A stretch of 64,000 nt of DNA, from the NCBI GenBank assembly GCA_965153285.1, contig OZ229119.1. The stretch is one strand, 5' to 3'. The notes under the pieces are model-generated. The model was not told where the DNA came from. It saw only the letters and a program-made list of their open reading frames with translations, and made no database searches. Source of the DNA: Podarcis tiliguerta (Eukaryota). Shown in pieces: positions 62,001-64,000 of the stretch (positions are counted from its first letter, which is position 1; every line of letters starts with the position of its first letter). The translations under genes were made by a program, and so were the position numbers.

Positions 62001-62406
62001 GAGAGCTGGGCCATAAAGAAGGCTAATCGCCGAAGAATTGATGCTTTTGATTTATGGTGCTGGAGGAGACTCTTGAGAGTCCCATGGACTGCAAGAAGAT
62101 CAAACCTCTCCATTCTGAAGGAAATCAGCCCTGAGTGCTCGCTGGAAGGACAGATCCTGAAGCTGAGGCTCCAATACTTTGGCCACCTCATGAGAAGAGA
62201 AGACTCCCTGGAAAAGACCCTGATGTTGGGAAAGATGGAGGGCACAAGGCGAAGGGGACGACAGAGGACGAGACAGTTGGATAGTGTTCTCGAAGCTACC
62301 AGCATGAGTTTGACCAAACTGTGGGAGGCAGTGGAAGACAGGAGTGCCTGGCGTGCTCCATGGGGTCACGAAGAGTCGGACACGACTAAACGACTGAACA
62401 ACAACA
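62001..62406 (+). mobile_element. Bov-B LINE, 5'-truncated
   Basis: Same C-terminal translation and (CAA)n tail. TSD ATGGTTTTGT at 61991-62000 and 62407-62416. Confidence 0.95.
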
Positions 62407-64000
62407 ATGGTTTTGTTTGTTTGTTGTATATCAGGAAATGCTAGCAGAGGTAGAGTGCTGAAAAAATGTTTATTGGAAAGCAGCACTCGCATACTAGCCA
62501 GGGCCACCTAGCAACAAGAAAGTAAGCTCAACCAAATGTGCACCAGAATCCTGAAGGAATTCAAAAGCTCCTTGAGAATGAAGGAGCAAATAAATACATA
62601 AATAAAATAGAGGCCTCTTTCACAGGGGAAGAGATCTTTTACAAAATTGAGGAACAGGTTTTGGCACAGCACTAATATAAACTAAGGGCATGTAAAACCC
62701 AGAGGCAACCTGATAATTAAATTAATTGCTCAGTTGTCATGTAGCCAACACACAAGATATTAAAAAGTCGAGTGTCTGATTCCACTTCATATGCACATGC
62801 CCATACAATGTATTGTCTTAAAGTGTGTGTATCATTTGGAGCTCTTTAGCCAAGTGTTATTTTATAATGTGGTTAAGGTACTTGCAGGGTTTTTCTCAAA
62901 GACTACTCCAAATCTTATCATTAAGCCACTATAAAACATCAAAAAACAAAACAAAAACCTCAAGCTAAATTACTTTATATACAATGCTTATTATGTCTCA
63001 CTTCAAAGCAGATCTCACATGAAGATCATATATATATCAGGAAAGGAGAAGGCAGGGATAGGGTGGTTTATACTGACAGGAGGAAAAGGCATTTACAGAA
63101 CAGAATGTAGGTGTTGGGGGACAGTAAGCTGTTATATTCTTGCCTGTTTAACTCTATATCTAAAGTTCTCTAATACAGAGTAGTCACTTGAAGCTGTAGA
63201 GAATGAAATCTTTTTCCTTCAGTTTCGCAGTTAATGCATCTCCTCCTTTCATCAGGCATTGCTCAGCCTGGTGTTCTCCAGATGTTGTGGACCAGAACTC
63301 CCATCAGCACCATACAGCATAGCCAGTGGATAGGAATGATGGGAGCTGTAACCCAAAATTAAGGAGAAGTTGGCGTATGAGATCCATAGTGTACAGCATC
63401 TTAGTGTGAAATGGGCTGCAGTATAGTGTGTCTCAGTGATGAAATGCTGCCTGCTCTTAGGTGACATTTAAGCAGTGATTGTCTTAGCCAACATACAGCT
63501 TCATGGCAACCATTTTCTAATCTTAATTACAGAGTCCCTGAATGTAGTATAATTTGTGCCAAAAACTAGTTGACACATGTAATTTGAAAGAAGTCTGGCA
63601 TATTGCTCTGAAACTTACTTTGTGCAGTGATTATTTTTTAAAGGCAACCTATTAGGTGACACATTTCCCCTGTTTTGAAAAACAGAAATGGACTTTTAAT
63701 GCCTATCTAGCCAGTCAAACTAATGTGTGTTTTCTGTATGACAACCAAATGAGAATCATTATCAGCAAAGATTGTTTGAGGTAAGCTCAAAAACCAAGGC
63801 AATGTGATATTTGAGTTAGCTTCGGGTGCAAAAAACAAAAAACCACACCCCAGGTTGCGTTCCTGGCATTTCTCAGTACAGAGAGTTTCTGAAACCCAGG
63901 ACAATTGCTGCCAGTCAAGGAAGCAGTAAAATGAGCCAAATCTGCAAGTAGGTAAGTTGCTATGGACCTTTGCTTGTGAACATACTTGTGAATAGACATT

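Overview
This is AT-rich, CpG-depleted vertebrate DNA from a squamate, most likely a lacertid lizard. The assignment is inferred from Sauria SINEs, Bov-B LINE 3' ends, L2/CR1/RTE/RTE-X/L1 relics and many hAT and Tc1/mariner MITEs. I could not recognise any host protein-coding exon. The only ORFs in the track with recognisable products are decayed retrotransposon fragments, so the window reads as a large intron or gene desert. It contains many nested TE insertions with readable TIRs and TSDs, microsatellites, and a few repeat-free, motif-rich segments that look like enhancers (15.2-16.95 kb, 48.1-48.4 kb, 52.2-52.6 kb). I found no convincing new biological system. The best leads are: (1) Tc2-like MITEs that share ends but carry different perfect 54-nt hairpins; (2) a 200-bp microhomology-bounded tandem duplication that gives one MITE two right ends; (3) an unexplained 29-bp perfect inverted repeat; (4) a 101-bp segment repeated in inverted orientation 12.4 kb away; (5) a divergent array of CTCF-like motifs; (6) an isolated TCR-J-like segment. 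All family names come from visual recognition, not database searches.
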